This document shows positions 35,739 through 49,515 of a DNA stretch of 64,000 nucleotides, one piece after another; within the stretch, counting starts at the first letter, position 1, and every line of letters starts with the position of its first letter. The stretch comes from Paragordius varius (Eukaryota; Animalia; Nematomorpha): positions 12,400,001-12,464,000 of the forward strand of contig OZ176054.1 of the NCBI GenBank assembly GCA_964247055.1, in the 5' to 3' direction. Made by a program: the position numbers and the translations under genes. A model generated the notes under the pieces. The model did no database searches and was not told the origin of the DNA. It saw only the letters and a program-made list of their open reading frames with translations.

Positions 35739-38700
35739 TCAAAGTAAGTCCCTTTGGTTAAATTTGTTATAGAGTTGGTTCAAGGTTTCTATTCTATCCT
35801 TCAAATATTGTATAGTTATTTTGGATGTGTGTAAGTCGCCATTATTTTTATTGCTGTAATTGGCTTGCAAAAAATCATTGATTTGTGTCAGGGTTTGGTT
35901 TAAGGCTTGTTCACTTTGTAGACCTTTGATTAATATAATGTCCATATCTTTACTCCACACATTTATCTATATGTATAAATACCATTTACAATTCAAATTC
36001 ACTCTACAATTCAAATAACCTAAAATATAAAGTGTTTTTTAAGATTAAAAATTACTTAATGGCATATTATGTTTTCAAAAAATAAAATTTTGTTTAAAAT
36101 TATGAACTATGCCATTATGATATTTTTTCATATTAATGAGGTGTTAAATTAGCCCGAAAACAAATATTTAGATGGAATTTAAATAGTTCGAGATTAATTT
36201 GAACTGTAAATGGTATAAATCAAATACTTAAGATATATTTTAAAACCACGCCATTTTCGGTAACATACAAAAAGTGATCTAAAAAATGTTAAAAAAAATT
36301 TATATTTATCAAAAATTTACGATAAATTAGTAGAAGTATCATCCGAAATTGAGCTCAAAATAAATATAAAAAAAAACAAAAATTTTAAAAGCACAGTGTA
36401 GATATTTATGTTGGACAACCCTGCAGGTAAAAAATATAAATGTTGGCTTATACAAAGAAGCTCCCTTTATAATAATAAAACTATATACATAAACAGCAAA
36501 TATTAACAAATTAAAACATGTTAATTATTTCGTATTTTCCGATTAGGTTCTATATTTAAAATAAGCCCGTTAAAATGTAAATACATTTTAAAATCTTTAC
36601 ACAATAGTATAAAAACTAAAATTGAGATAAATTGATTTTTAATCAAAAAAAAATAATTTTTTATATTTTTACTAAAAGAACCCACGGATAATTACACATG
36701 TATTTTTGTCCACAAATAGTTTTATTAAGAGAGTATGGGGTGGTTCTTATAAAAAAAATATACTTGTTTAAAGGGCGTCGTAAGATATTTATCTGATGAA
36801 TTATGTTGTGTTGCAAATTCAGTCAATTGATCTTCATTTACATTTTTGGGTATAGATTGAATAGTTTCCTTTTCTGTATTCATAAAAAATAAAGTATACG
36901 AAAAATAAAATATTAAAAAATTTATTAATACGTAAAACAATAATATTAATATACCATTTACAATTCAAATTCACCCTTGAACAATTCAAATTCACCCTGA
37001 AATAAATTATGTTTTAAGATATATGAATGCCTATAATTTTTTTCTATTTTTTAAAAAATAATTTTTTTAAAAAATGAAATAACACTGAAAAAAATAAAAA
37101 ATTAAGCCATAATAAAGATATATTCCATATTAATAATAAGTCATATTAGCAGCCCGAAAACACATAATTTATTTTTAGGGTAAATTTGGATTGTTCAAGG
37201 GGTGAATTTTAAATTCAAGGATCAATTTTTAATTTTAAATGGTATATACATAAAATATATACCAGATCGTTTTGGCTGTATATTAATGAAGGTTTCTAAA
37301 TCACCCATATTTTCAACTTTATGCGTTATAATGGAGGTATTGTTTTTATTGGGCACATTGTTGTTTTTACTATTGATTAGCGTACTATTGATTTTAAAAT
37401 TATCGTTAACTGCTAATTGATTTGTGCATATTCCTATGGTATTCAGATCATTGGAAACTTTTCGATTTTTTTGCTCTTTACGTTTTTTAAGGGGTTGATG
37501 TGTTTTGTTTAATATATTTTGTCTTTTAATAATGGTGGTTTGTAGATTAGAACTTTTATTATTCATGGCAGGGGTAGGGGCAGGAGCAATAATATAGGGT
37601 ATAGTTTCAAATGTATTGAGAGGCATCATTTTTCCATTAACACTGTGGGCAAAAAAAGATAAAAATACAGTAAAAATTGAAATTAAACGGATACAAAGGA
37701 CAAAACGTAAAAATATAAAGACAAATGTTTTTTTTCTAAAAGACAACCAACCATGCTTTGTAAATCTTAATTTTCATGAATAATTCATTGTTTTTAACTG
37801 CAAATAAAATTATATATTGGTAATACAATCAATTATGTATTTTACGATTGTAATTAAATGGTTTTTATAAGATAAATTAAAGTTTAAAAAGTATGGTTGT
37901 CATTTTAAATTTTTTTTGATAATTATCAATTTTTACCGTATAAAGAAACTTGATAGCCGTTTATTTGGGAAAATGTTATAAAAAGCAATTAATTTATGGA
38001 CCGATTCCCATTTTTTGTAAAAAAAAATCAGGAACTATTCATAAATCCACATCTGTATATATCATTAATTTTAATTATTTTATATACATACCATTTACAA
38101 TTTAAATTCACCCTTGAACAATTTAAATTTACCCTTGAACAATTAAAATTCACCCTAAAAATAAATTATGTGTTTTCGTGCTAATATAATTCATTATTAA
38201 TATGTAATATATCCTTATGGCTTAGTTTATTATTTTTTCAGTATTATTTTAATTACAAACAAAATTGTTTTTTTAAAAAATAGAAAAAAATAGGCAATTT
38301 TCATGAAAAACGCATAATTTATTATAGGGTAATTCGAATTGTTCAAGGGTGATGAATTTGAAGTGCAAATGGTATACTATAAAATTTATTTTGCCAAAAA
38401 TTTTAAAAAAATTGTAAATATTACATTTTTTATCTCACATATTTTTATACTGGATTATTAATGATATTTTAAGCTCATGAAAAACAACATTTTTGTAGAA
38501 ACTTTTTCTTATAATTATAAAATTAAGCATTTAACTATAATTTAACTATAAATATACCATATGTAATTATTTGAATCAAAAAATTCTTGTAAAACGCCTC
38601 CAGGTATTGTATTATCACTGTTTTCTGATTGTTCATTGATCGTTGTTGTTAAATCTATACATTCAAATCCATAACCCTTTTCTAGAGTCACATAACTAGA

Positions 38701-41700
38701 ATCCAAAACAAACATAAAAAAGTGTACAATATATAAAATTGTTTTATTAGAATAGAAATTGAAATTATACGGACACAAAGTAAAATTTTCTAAAAAACCA
38801 TAAAACTAATTGTCTGAAATTGCAAAGTATGGTATAGAGATAAATAAATATTGAAACACAATCAATTATATATATTACAATTTTAATTATATAGTTTCTT
38901 TTATGTTTCGTCCGTATAATTTCAATTTTTACTGTACTGTAAGATTACTTAACCGAATAAACAAATAACTTTCAATATAATTTTTATATCGTCTATAGTA
39001 TTTGGATTTCATTGGAAAAGATTCTAATTTTACAGAAAAGTAATACTAAAATTTCAAATCACATTCGCGTATATAATGTTTTATATATGGGAAAAAAATT
39101 GATTTTCTATTACTTTTTTTATCCCAAACAAATGCTAATTTTTATTTTTTTAAAGTTTTTAAACCTTTCTGTATGTATATCCATGCCATAAAAAACGCTA
39201 TCCAATCGATGTAATAAAAAAGTGTTTTGCCTACAAGTAAAAGCTAAAATTTGATATAATTCCTTTAGTGTTCCGCACGAAAGTCTCCATTGTTCAATGC
39301 GACGAACAAATTTTCGATGATATAAACTGGGTGATTTGGATATGTAAACCTATATGCATAGAAAATTTGGAATTATACGGACAAAACGTATAAATATAAA
39401 GACAAATATTTTTTGTCTGAAAGACAACCACACTTTTAAAACCTTAATGTTTCCCATATAAGCTACTTAGTTATAATTGTAAAATATAGAATTGATTGTA
39501 TAATATATCTCTATTTCACACTTTACCATTTAAAACAATGAGTTATATTGATGTAAATCTAGATTTAAAAAGCACGGTTGTCTTTAAGAAAAAAAATATT
39601 TGTCTTTATATTTTTACGTTTTGTCCTTATAATTTCAGAATTTATCATAAAAAATTATATTTGTATATATATATATATATATATATAAATACTCAGTCAT
39701 AAAACTAAAAATTAATTATTATTTCTGAAAGATAAAAGGCTCTCTTTTAATCTAAACCAGGGGTATTTAAAAATGGCTTCCTGTGTCGCATTTTTAACTC
39801 AAACAATATTAAGCACACCGCATTTAAAATAGGTAGGATGAGCCTTCAAAAATAGTTATTAGTTTTCAACAAACGTAAAACTGTAAAATAATGCAAAGAC
39901 AGGACAAGAATTATATCAAGTTTTTATAAATTGAGGAGATTCATTTTAAAAAAATGCCAAAAAAAGTATCAATTTTATTAAGATTCATTCCATAAGCATA
40001 TTATTGTGGTCAAATTCGCGGTCCGCACAAGTAGTTGATACCCCTGAGCTAAAACATTATGGGGGTGATAAAATGTTTTATAGTTTCTGATTAATAGAAT
40101 TAAATTAACAACTATAATTTAAAACTTAATCTTAGAGATAATTTTAAAGGAAATGAATGGCATTTTATTTGAAATATGGATAAATTTATAGGTACTAAAG
40201 ATAACGAAACAGTCTTTTTAAAAACCGCCAAACTTTAATTTATCGATTCAAATTTTTATGTTAATAAAGTTAACATTTTTATACTTTGACCAAGGATAGA
40301 AATGCATGTATCCGTTGAAACGTAAGGGCATTTTTGTGTTTTGCAAATAACTTTTTTGCACTCATAAGCGTCGACATAACATGGAATGGAAGAAATAGGG
40401 TGAAAAGGGCAAATAATTCGGATTTATCTTTGCCAATCAACTTCTCCATATTTTCATACAACTAATATAATACATAAAAATAAGCACACTTACGAAGGAT
40501 TATTTAGAAGTCAAAAAAATTTAAAATTATGGATTACAGTATGCATTTTAATGGTTACTTATTTCACAACACTATAGTAGGGGGCAATTTGCAACACAGT
40601 AGTGTATGAAAAAAAGAAAGGAAATATTCGTTTATTGAACATTTTGTTGTTTTTTCCATACACTCTTGTGTTGCAAATTGCCCTACTATAGAAGTGAAAT
40701 ATGCAACCATTAAAATGCATTAACCGGTTCCAAAAATATAACTAAACCAAAAAAAGTTGGTTGGGGATGATCCATTATTTTTTTATCAAATGTTATTATA
40801 ATTTCGGCTTTAATTTTAACTTATGGAGAGTGTTAAAAACTACTTTTTTCTGAAACTTGATTATCAAAAAATGGAAAAAAATAAAATTAATTTTATTTTT
40901 TAAAACCATTTTGAATTTTTTGCATTTCAAAACGGTTCTGTGTTGATCCCTGTTAAAGCTTATGAACTGAAATCGAAAAATTTATATAATAAGAATGAGG
41001 TGGGGAAGGATATATCTACTAATATAAAATTTACGCTTATGTTTTTTAATCAAGTAAATGTATGTATGTATGTATTTAAAGATCATTTTGGAATAAAAAA
41101 CATATATATTATAACAAAATTCTTTAGAACAAAAATTAATAACTAATAGTATAATTCTACCATATAATATGCCAAATCGCCTTCATCATTATCAGCATTA
41201 CATCTAATAAGATTGGGATTTGATGTTATAATTTGCAACATTTGTTGATATGTGGAGCTATCTAACCCTTTCTTTGCCATTTTCAAAAAGTAATCTGCAA
41301 GGGCATACCCACTTTCTTCGGTCTATTCATATTGATAAACTGCTTACTGCGCTTTAATCAATCAATCAATTTTGTAAATATAAAAATATTATATACCATA
41401 ATATCAACACGGCTGCTCTTATGCAATAAATCTATGGTGTGTTCAAGGCTTTTTTTGGTTCTAACATACTTTTTAAGCTTTAAGGATGTCACAGCACTTT
41501 TAGTTGGGGAACAAACTTTGCTGGCTGTCGTTTTACCGTCTTTTATTACGTTTTCACAATTCATTGAATGTGTTTTAGAGACTTCATTTGACAAAGTATT
41601 ACTATCGTTTTTTCTAACAGGGACATCATCCATACTATTTTTTAAAGTATTTGGCTCATTCGATGTCTCAAGTGGGTTTTGAGATGAATTCTTATGGTGT

Positions 41701-44700
41701 AGAGTTGATTTACGGGTCCGTAAGAAGCGTTTATTCGCAAAAATCTTCTCATCTATAGATTGTGAGATTATGCAAGAATCCATTTCTTGATTCAATGCTT
41801 TTCCTTTATTTTGCATTTCTAAAGTTAATTGTTGTTTCGCATTTTCGCCCAAATTTATATTTGGCGTAAACTTTATATTATTAGTGTTTTGGTTTTTCTT
41901 TTTTTCGTTACAAGTGAGAAGTTTTTGATACTTTTTACGTATCTTTAAGGCACTTAAATATACAGTTCGTTTAAACGGTCGCGTAGATTGGGAATGAATC
42001 AATAAATTTCGCATGATATCTAACGGTGTTTTCGCCTTGGCCCGATGATTTAGAGATGAAGAACGAAAACTCTTCTTGCGACATTGCTCATTAAAGCGTA
42101 ACGCTTCAAACATGGAATCAAATGATTCTTGATTCGCCCTATAAAGTGTGGCAAATTGTGTTAACCATTTCGGTAACCGTGTTTTCATACCAATAAGTAT
42201 TTCTTTTACATTGCAAACATTATTGATTGTGCTGTTTTCATTTAAATTTTGATGATAATCATAGACAATATCAAAAGAGTCATCGGATTCAAGAAGGAAT
42301 TTTAGTGGTGTAACATAGCTTTCGACATTTTTTGAGTTTTGGTTCGTATTTTTATCGACTAGGCACAGTTGACCGGAGTATAAACGCAGTTCTTCAAGAG
42401 AGTCACTAATTTTGCTAGGGTCATTTGTGAAAAATTTAACCAATTCACAAAAAACATTATTATCAAGCGTTTGCATATGGGATTTAATAGTTTGTTCCTC
42501 CGTATTTTCAGTGTTTATTGACTCTCCTTCTATTATTGTGTTGTCCATTTTCGTACAACATTTATCCTTGAATATCAATATAATTTCAATGTCTCGAACA
42601 GCTTTATTAACCAAGGATCGTAATGTTTTACATGGCATAAGGTGCATTGAAATGGCTTGGAAAATATTTTTCCAATTAAGGTTTGTTGTTAAGAAGCGGT
42701 TTAATTCATTCGCTATTTGCGTTTTTTCTACACATTCGGCGGTTTTATTATTATTGTTATTAGTAAAAACGGATTGAAGATTTTGCCATATTTGATTAAG
42801 GACAGGATAAGATTGTAAAATTTTGCAAAACTGATCGGGAGAATAATCAAAGGACGAACCATTGTTAGTCAAAAAATATGAGATTCCAAGAGCCAACAAT
42901 CTTGATTCAGAGGGTAGAAAGGATGGGCTTAAATTAATTCTATAATTATTATCACTTTTATTGGTAGTAGTGCTTTTATGCACCAATTTGAGATCTTTAA
43001 AATCAGGTTTTTCTATATATATATATATATATATACTAGCGTGAATCTCGTGCTGCTACGCAGCCCGAGGAAGTCCTTCGGACTTCTGGAAGGGGGGGGG
43101 GGGGGGGTTCGAAGTTTGGATTTGAATGGGTCTACCGTTTTTCCTGTACCAGATCACAAAGCCAGCATTTTCCATTTTTATAAATATATAGATGAGGATT
43201 AATAATGTATTAATATCCATATATCTTTTAACTTGCTATGCATATGATAGATACTCCTTACTCAGCATCTATCATCAAAGAAACGCTTGACTAAAATTTT
43301 TGCCTTTTAACAGGCAATACGAAAAATCTTTCTCGAATTTTTACAGTCTCATACCGTGGACAAAAAAATACAATCAAAAAAATATTTTTGTGGACTTTGT
43401 TTTTTTTGAAAAAAATGGCATTTTACGGGGGTAGCGGGTAAAAAGAGGGCCTAAATCAAAAAAGTGACTCGACTATGTTCAGCGCGATCAAAAATAAGTA
43501 AACAAAATTCATATTTGAAATTGAATGGTCCAACACGTTCTCCAAAAAATTGACTTAACCCATTTTTCACACGGGGTGGGCCCGAACTGGGAACCTAATT
43601 CCAAAAAAGGGCGAAGCTATTGTCGGGGCATTCATTAATGATTATATTTTTTCGATATTTGGATTTGATTGGGATCACCGGTTTTCCGGAAACAGTTCAC
43701 AAAGTTATATAAAAAATCAGTTTTTAGCGGGTAGCTCCTTACCCAGCAGCTATCATCAAATAAACGGTGGACTAAAATTTTTGCCTTTTAACAGGGAATA
43801 CGTGGAATCTTTATTGAATTTTTACGGTCTCATACCTAGGGCGAAAAATCGATTTAGAAAATTATTTTTGTGGACTTTGTTTTTTGAAAAAAATGGCATT
43901 TTACGGGGGTAGCGGGTAAAAAGAGGGCCTAAATCAAAAAAGTGACTCGACTATGTTCAGCGCGATCAAAAATAAGTAAACAAAATTCATATTTGAAATT
44001 GAATGGTCCAACACGTTCTCCAAAAAATTGACTTAACCCATTTTTCACACGGGGTGGGCCCGAACTGGGAACCTAATTCCAAAAAAGGGCGAAGCTATTG
44101 TCGGGGCATTCATTAATGATTATATTTTTTCGATATTTGGATTTGATTGGGATCACCGGTTTTCCGGAAACAGTTCACAAAGTTATATAAAAAATCAGTT
44201 TTTAGCGGGTAGCTCCTTACCCAGCAGCTATCATCAAATAAACGGTGGACTAAAATTTTTGCCTTTTAACAGGGAATACGTGGAATCTTTATTGAATTTT
44301 TACGGTCTCATACCTAGGGCGAAAAATCGATTTAGAAAATTATTTTTGTGGACTTTGTTTTTTGAAAAAAATGGCATTTTACGGGGGTAGCGGGTAAAAA
44401 GAGGGCCTAAATCAAAAAAGTGACTCGACTATGTTCGGCGCAATCGAAAATAAGTAAACAAAAATTATATTTGAAATTGAATGGTCCAACACGTTCTCCG
44501 GAAAATTGTCTCAAAAACACGATTTTGTGGACTTCTGTTTTCAAAAAAAACCCGTTTTTCATACGGGGTGGGCCCGAACTGGGGGCCTATTTCAAAAAAA
44601 GGGCGAAGCTATTGTCGGGACATTTATTAATGATTATATTTTTTCGATATTTGGATTTGATTGGGTCTACCGGTTTTCCTGTACCAGATCACAAAGCCAG

Positions 44701-47700
44701 CATTTTCCATTTTTATAAATATATAGATATATATACACGTATATTGTAAGAAAAACTTATATATAATAGAGTAAAATTCGTAATTATACGGACAAAACGT
44801 AAATATATAGAGACAAATCCCTTTTTTCAAAAGACAACCACTTTTTTTAAGTGTTATTTAATTATAAATGTAAATTATATTATTGATTGTGTTACTAATT
44901 TACATATCTATTTCATGCTTTACAATTTAAGACAATGAAATTGGAAAAATATAGCGGTCTTTTAAAAATATTTGTCTTTGTGTATTTACATTTTGTTTGT
45001 ACAACAATTTTCATAATAATTAAAATTATTAAAAGTAAAATAGTGTTAATAATATAATGGCATCTCCCTAACAAATATGAGGCTATAATAAGTAATATAA
45101 ATTAGAATTTACATTGACAAAAGCTTAATCACATTATACCCCCCTACTTCGCAATAAGGTTCGTTTCAATGGTAGGAAATTACAAAGGTATTAAGATGAA
45201 TTTTTTCAAATAATTATAAAATCAAATCATTATTTAAGAATTAAAACTATTCCATCGTGAGAAGACAGATATAAACCCTCCCCCCAAATTATATGTAACA
45301 TATTATAATAATAAACTAAACTAACCCTTTTCCCATTTCACAATGTCAAAAATGTTGTGTTTTACACGTTTGAAATATTTGCCACCATACTTTGCACTTT
45401 GTACAACAATGTTTTCTTCATTATTACTTTGTTCAAAAGTTGCATCAAACTTATTACGTTTAAATCCACGATGAGGTAATAAGATTGGATATGGCAGGCC
45501 TGTACAATTAGCCATCTCATACATTGTTTCTTGACTAATAAGGGTTTCGTTAAAATTCCCTGCAGATGATAAATGAACATATTATTAAATATGAATGATT
45601 GATTGATTTAAATATTTACTTATTAAAACTAAACAATAAAAAAACGGTATATTCAACAAAAACGTTAAATTAAATTGAATATTCTTATAAAAGGTTTGTT
45701 AATAATAAATGGGGAGAAATGTATATTGTAATATCGTTATTGTTATATAATTTTATAAATACATTAATTAATTTTTGAGATTGGACAGAGACTGATATAT
45801 GAATCAATTTTATATTTTGACAAAACCATCTTAAAAATTTAATATATTTATTATATAAAGACACTTAATAGTTATATAACAAAATAAAATATTTTAATTT
45901 CCGAATGCTTTCCCTAATATTTCAAACCTTTAAAGAAAATAGATAATTAAAAAAGGCTTAAAATAAAACCAAGACACATATTTTATGATAACAAAAAGGC
46001 TGTACTTTTTAAGGAATTCAAAAAAATAATTCAAAAACATCTTTAAGAGAGAAAATAGGTGTAGCTTTTCCTAATAATTCAAATTTTTTATATCAAACAA
46101 AATAGATAATTCTAAAATATTTTAAAGACACATAAAATTAACGCAAAAATAGGCGTTTTTATGATATAAAATTAATCAAATATACCATTATTGTGGAAAA
46201 CTAAGGTATCCGCAGCTCTGTCATAATAAGCAAAATAATGGCGATCCCTACATACTCGTTCACAATCACTGGCAATTAGATTGAGAGCAAGGGAAAGGTT
46301 AGAAAATTGTAAATTGCAATTATTTTCACAACTTTGAGAAAGATTATTTCCAGACAGTGAAGTGAAAAATGTACCCAATTCTTTCTGCATGCCACATAGA
46401 CAATAAATAAAGTTTTTAAACTCTAAAAATGGCTGTAAATTTGAATGTAATGAATATAATTTAAAAATCTAACTACTCATATCTAATTAAATGATATATA
46501 AATAAACAAATATTTTGTTGTCTAAAGTCAAATCGTGCCAATTTTAGTTTACCATTGTAAAAAACACATTTTCTGTTTTTTTATATAAAATCAAAATATT
46601 TTAAAGTCTTATCACCATTTTTCATGTTTTATATTCTTGCTGTTATTACATATTAGACACATAACTAAAGCTATTTAAACTAAATTACCTTATTTTTATA
46701 TATTAAAATATACAACTTTGCAGCTAAAATACCCAATTAATAAAAAACTAATTTAGTATAAGTGATCATTTAAATAAATTAAACTATATTATAATATCTT
46801 TCAAATTTTTGAAAACATGATTAAAAAACTTTTTTTAATATATAGTATGCACTTTAATGGTTGCTTATTTCACACTATAGTAGGGGGCAATTCGCAACAC
46901 TGTAAAGTATGGAAAAAACAATAAAATGTTGAATAAAAAATTATTTCTTTCTTTCTTTTATTCCATACATACTGTGTTGCAAATTGCCAACTACTATAGT
47001 GTTGTAAAATAAGCAACCATTAAAATACGTACTGTATATTAATCATATATTTTAGAAATTACAATTAAAATCCTTGACATTTCTTTAATGGGGTAAAGGC
47101 TTTGATGTTCACAACCCAACAAATAAGTTTGCATTAGTAATTGAATATGCTAGAAAAATCAAATAAAAATTAATATATATTTTAATTAAATTTTGTAACA
47201 AATTTTTTTCTGCATAAATATTAACAAAATAAGAAATCATTTAGGAGAAAAGAACAGAACACAATATTTTTGAAAAACATGGTTAAATAAGGTTGATATT
47301 GTAAAAAGTGGCGTAATAAAAGTCCATCTTTATAATACTTGTGTTAGCTTAAAATGTATCTTAAAAATGGTTAAAATTTTGTCTAAAATAAATATGTTAT
47401 ATAATTAGTGATTAATTTAAAAAATGCCCTTTTATATATATACTCATTAAAATCTTAACTTCATTTAATATAAGTTATTAGTGAAAAAACCAATTTTATG
47501 GTATAACATTACCCAGAAACATTTTTTTTCAACCAAACGCAACATATTAATTCCATTTTTTTATGGAAAATGTTACATTTGCTTGAAAAAAATGTTGCTT
47601 TTGATTGGAAAAAAATGTATAGTAAGTTATTTGAGAGAATAAAAAACCACCTGTTGCATTTGCGTATTCAAGGTTCCAATCTGTTGAGCGGTAAAGTGTG

Positions 47701-49467
47701 GTAGACTAGTTTCAATATTGTATTGTTCCCTATCCATTTGTATTAAGTAATTCTTATCCCCTTCAGGATTATTTAATGAGTTTTCAACAACTGTAAATTT
47801 ATAAGTAGGGATATCTGATATTTTTGGTTTTAGATTATTTCGAATACTGTTAGTGTTAAAATTTTTATTATTTCGTCGGTTATTCCTTAAAGTAGGGGAT
47901 GTGCGTGCCGTATGTTGTGTAATATGATTTCCATCATCATCAAACAGTTCATTAAGGAGATCATTTAACTCTTTCCCTATTCAAGGCAAAAAACGAAACA
48001 AAAAATATAAAATAATGTAAAATTGATACTATACCATTTACAGTTTAATTTACCCTTGAACAATCGAAATTCACCCTCGAACGATTCAAATTTCCCCTAA
48101 AAATAAATTGTGTTTTCGAACTAATATAACTCTCATTATTAATATGAAATATAATATCTTTATGACTTAGTTTTATAATTTTTCAGTAACATTTTATTTT
48201 AAAACAAAATTTTATTTTTAGAAATATATAAAAATAGGTAAAGTTTAATCTTAAAAAACATATAATTTATTTAAGGATTTGAATTGTTCGAGGGTGAATT
48301 TGAATTGTTTAAGGGTGAATTCGAATTGTTTTCAAGGGTGAATTTGAATTGTTCAAGGGTGAATTTGAATTGTTCAAGGGTGAATTAGAATTAAGGGTGA
48401 ATTTGAATTAAGGGTAAATTTGAATTGTTCAAGGGTGAATTTGAATTGTTCAAGGGTGAATTCGAATTAAGAATGTTTAATTGTTTAAGGGTAAATGAAT
48501 TGTTCAAGGGTGAATTTGAATTGTAAACGGTATAATTATATATAGTGGGTTAATTTATATTTTGTATGTGGAATCGAAGGAGTTTTATATTAAAATTCGG
48601 CAAATAAGTAGAACTTACATACAAGGATATATATTTTTAGTTGTCATACTACCTTATAACTTTGGACACAACTATACTAAATATATTTTTATGGATAAAA
48701 TAACCAAATATCTTTTTATATTATTCATTAAAAATTTAGATAGATAGATAAATATATAACTATAAATAGAGGTTAATTAAAAATATTAATACTTTGGATT
48801 TTTGGACCTTAAAAATAAGTAAACTGACATAATCGTTAAATTCAAGTCATTTAAGATGAAAATTATTATGTTTCAAGGCAATTATTAAATGTTGAGAAAT
48901 AAACCTAAATATAATATATATGTTTAAGGGTAACTTAAAATGTGTAATAATGAACTTTAAACTTATCCAAATGTGGTGAGGAATGTTTTAACGTAAAAAT
49001 AAAAATGTCAATAATTAAAATGTTCTCACCAACATATTAAATTAAAAAACACTTTCCATGCAATTTATTGCTTATAAGAGTAAATTTAATAATACTTTAA
49101 AAAAAATAAGAGTAAATATAAGGGTGTAATTAAGCATTTAATCAAAGGTTTAAGGGTGAAATTAATTTTTAATTAAGTGTTTAAGGGTATAATTTTTGAA
49201 AAAAACCTTCACAGATTTAAAGTTTTGAAAAGTTTTGTTTAAAAAGATTTATTTTCCTTACTAGAAACATGTACAGCCCGGTCATCCCTTAAATCTTCAG
49301 GATCTTCGACGAAATTCTCCAATTCGCCCATCAAATCATATTCGGGGTCATCGTCTAACTCGGTATCTTCAATTTCTATCATAGGTGTTGTTTCGATTAA
49401 ATAATTTATAAAACAATTAATTTATAAGTTTGGAGATAAATTTATTATGTTAGAATAAAATTTAAAA

Positions 49468-49515
<48 letters not shown>

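Noticed and set aside
41332-42777. Plus-strand ORFs 41332-41682 and 42412-42777; likewise 7096-7287, 7106-7312, 37202-37420, 51585-51827, 58155-58346, 60351-60779 and 61644-62000
   Set aside because: Antisense or off-frame shadows of real exons.
44420-44830. ORFs 44420-44749, 44506-44718, 44627-44830 and 42978-43202
   Set aside because: They fall in the non-coding Helitron and tandem repeat; there are no Rep/helicase motifs.
48275-48525. Short direct-repeat array resembling CRISPR
   Set aside because: Units are contiguous with no unique spacers, derive from a MITE end, and there are no cas genes; the context is eukaryotic.
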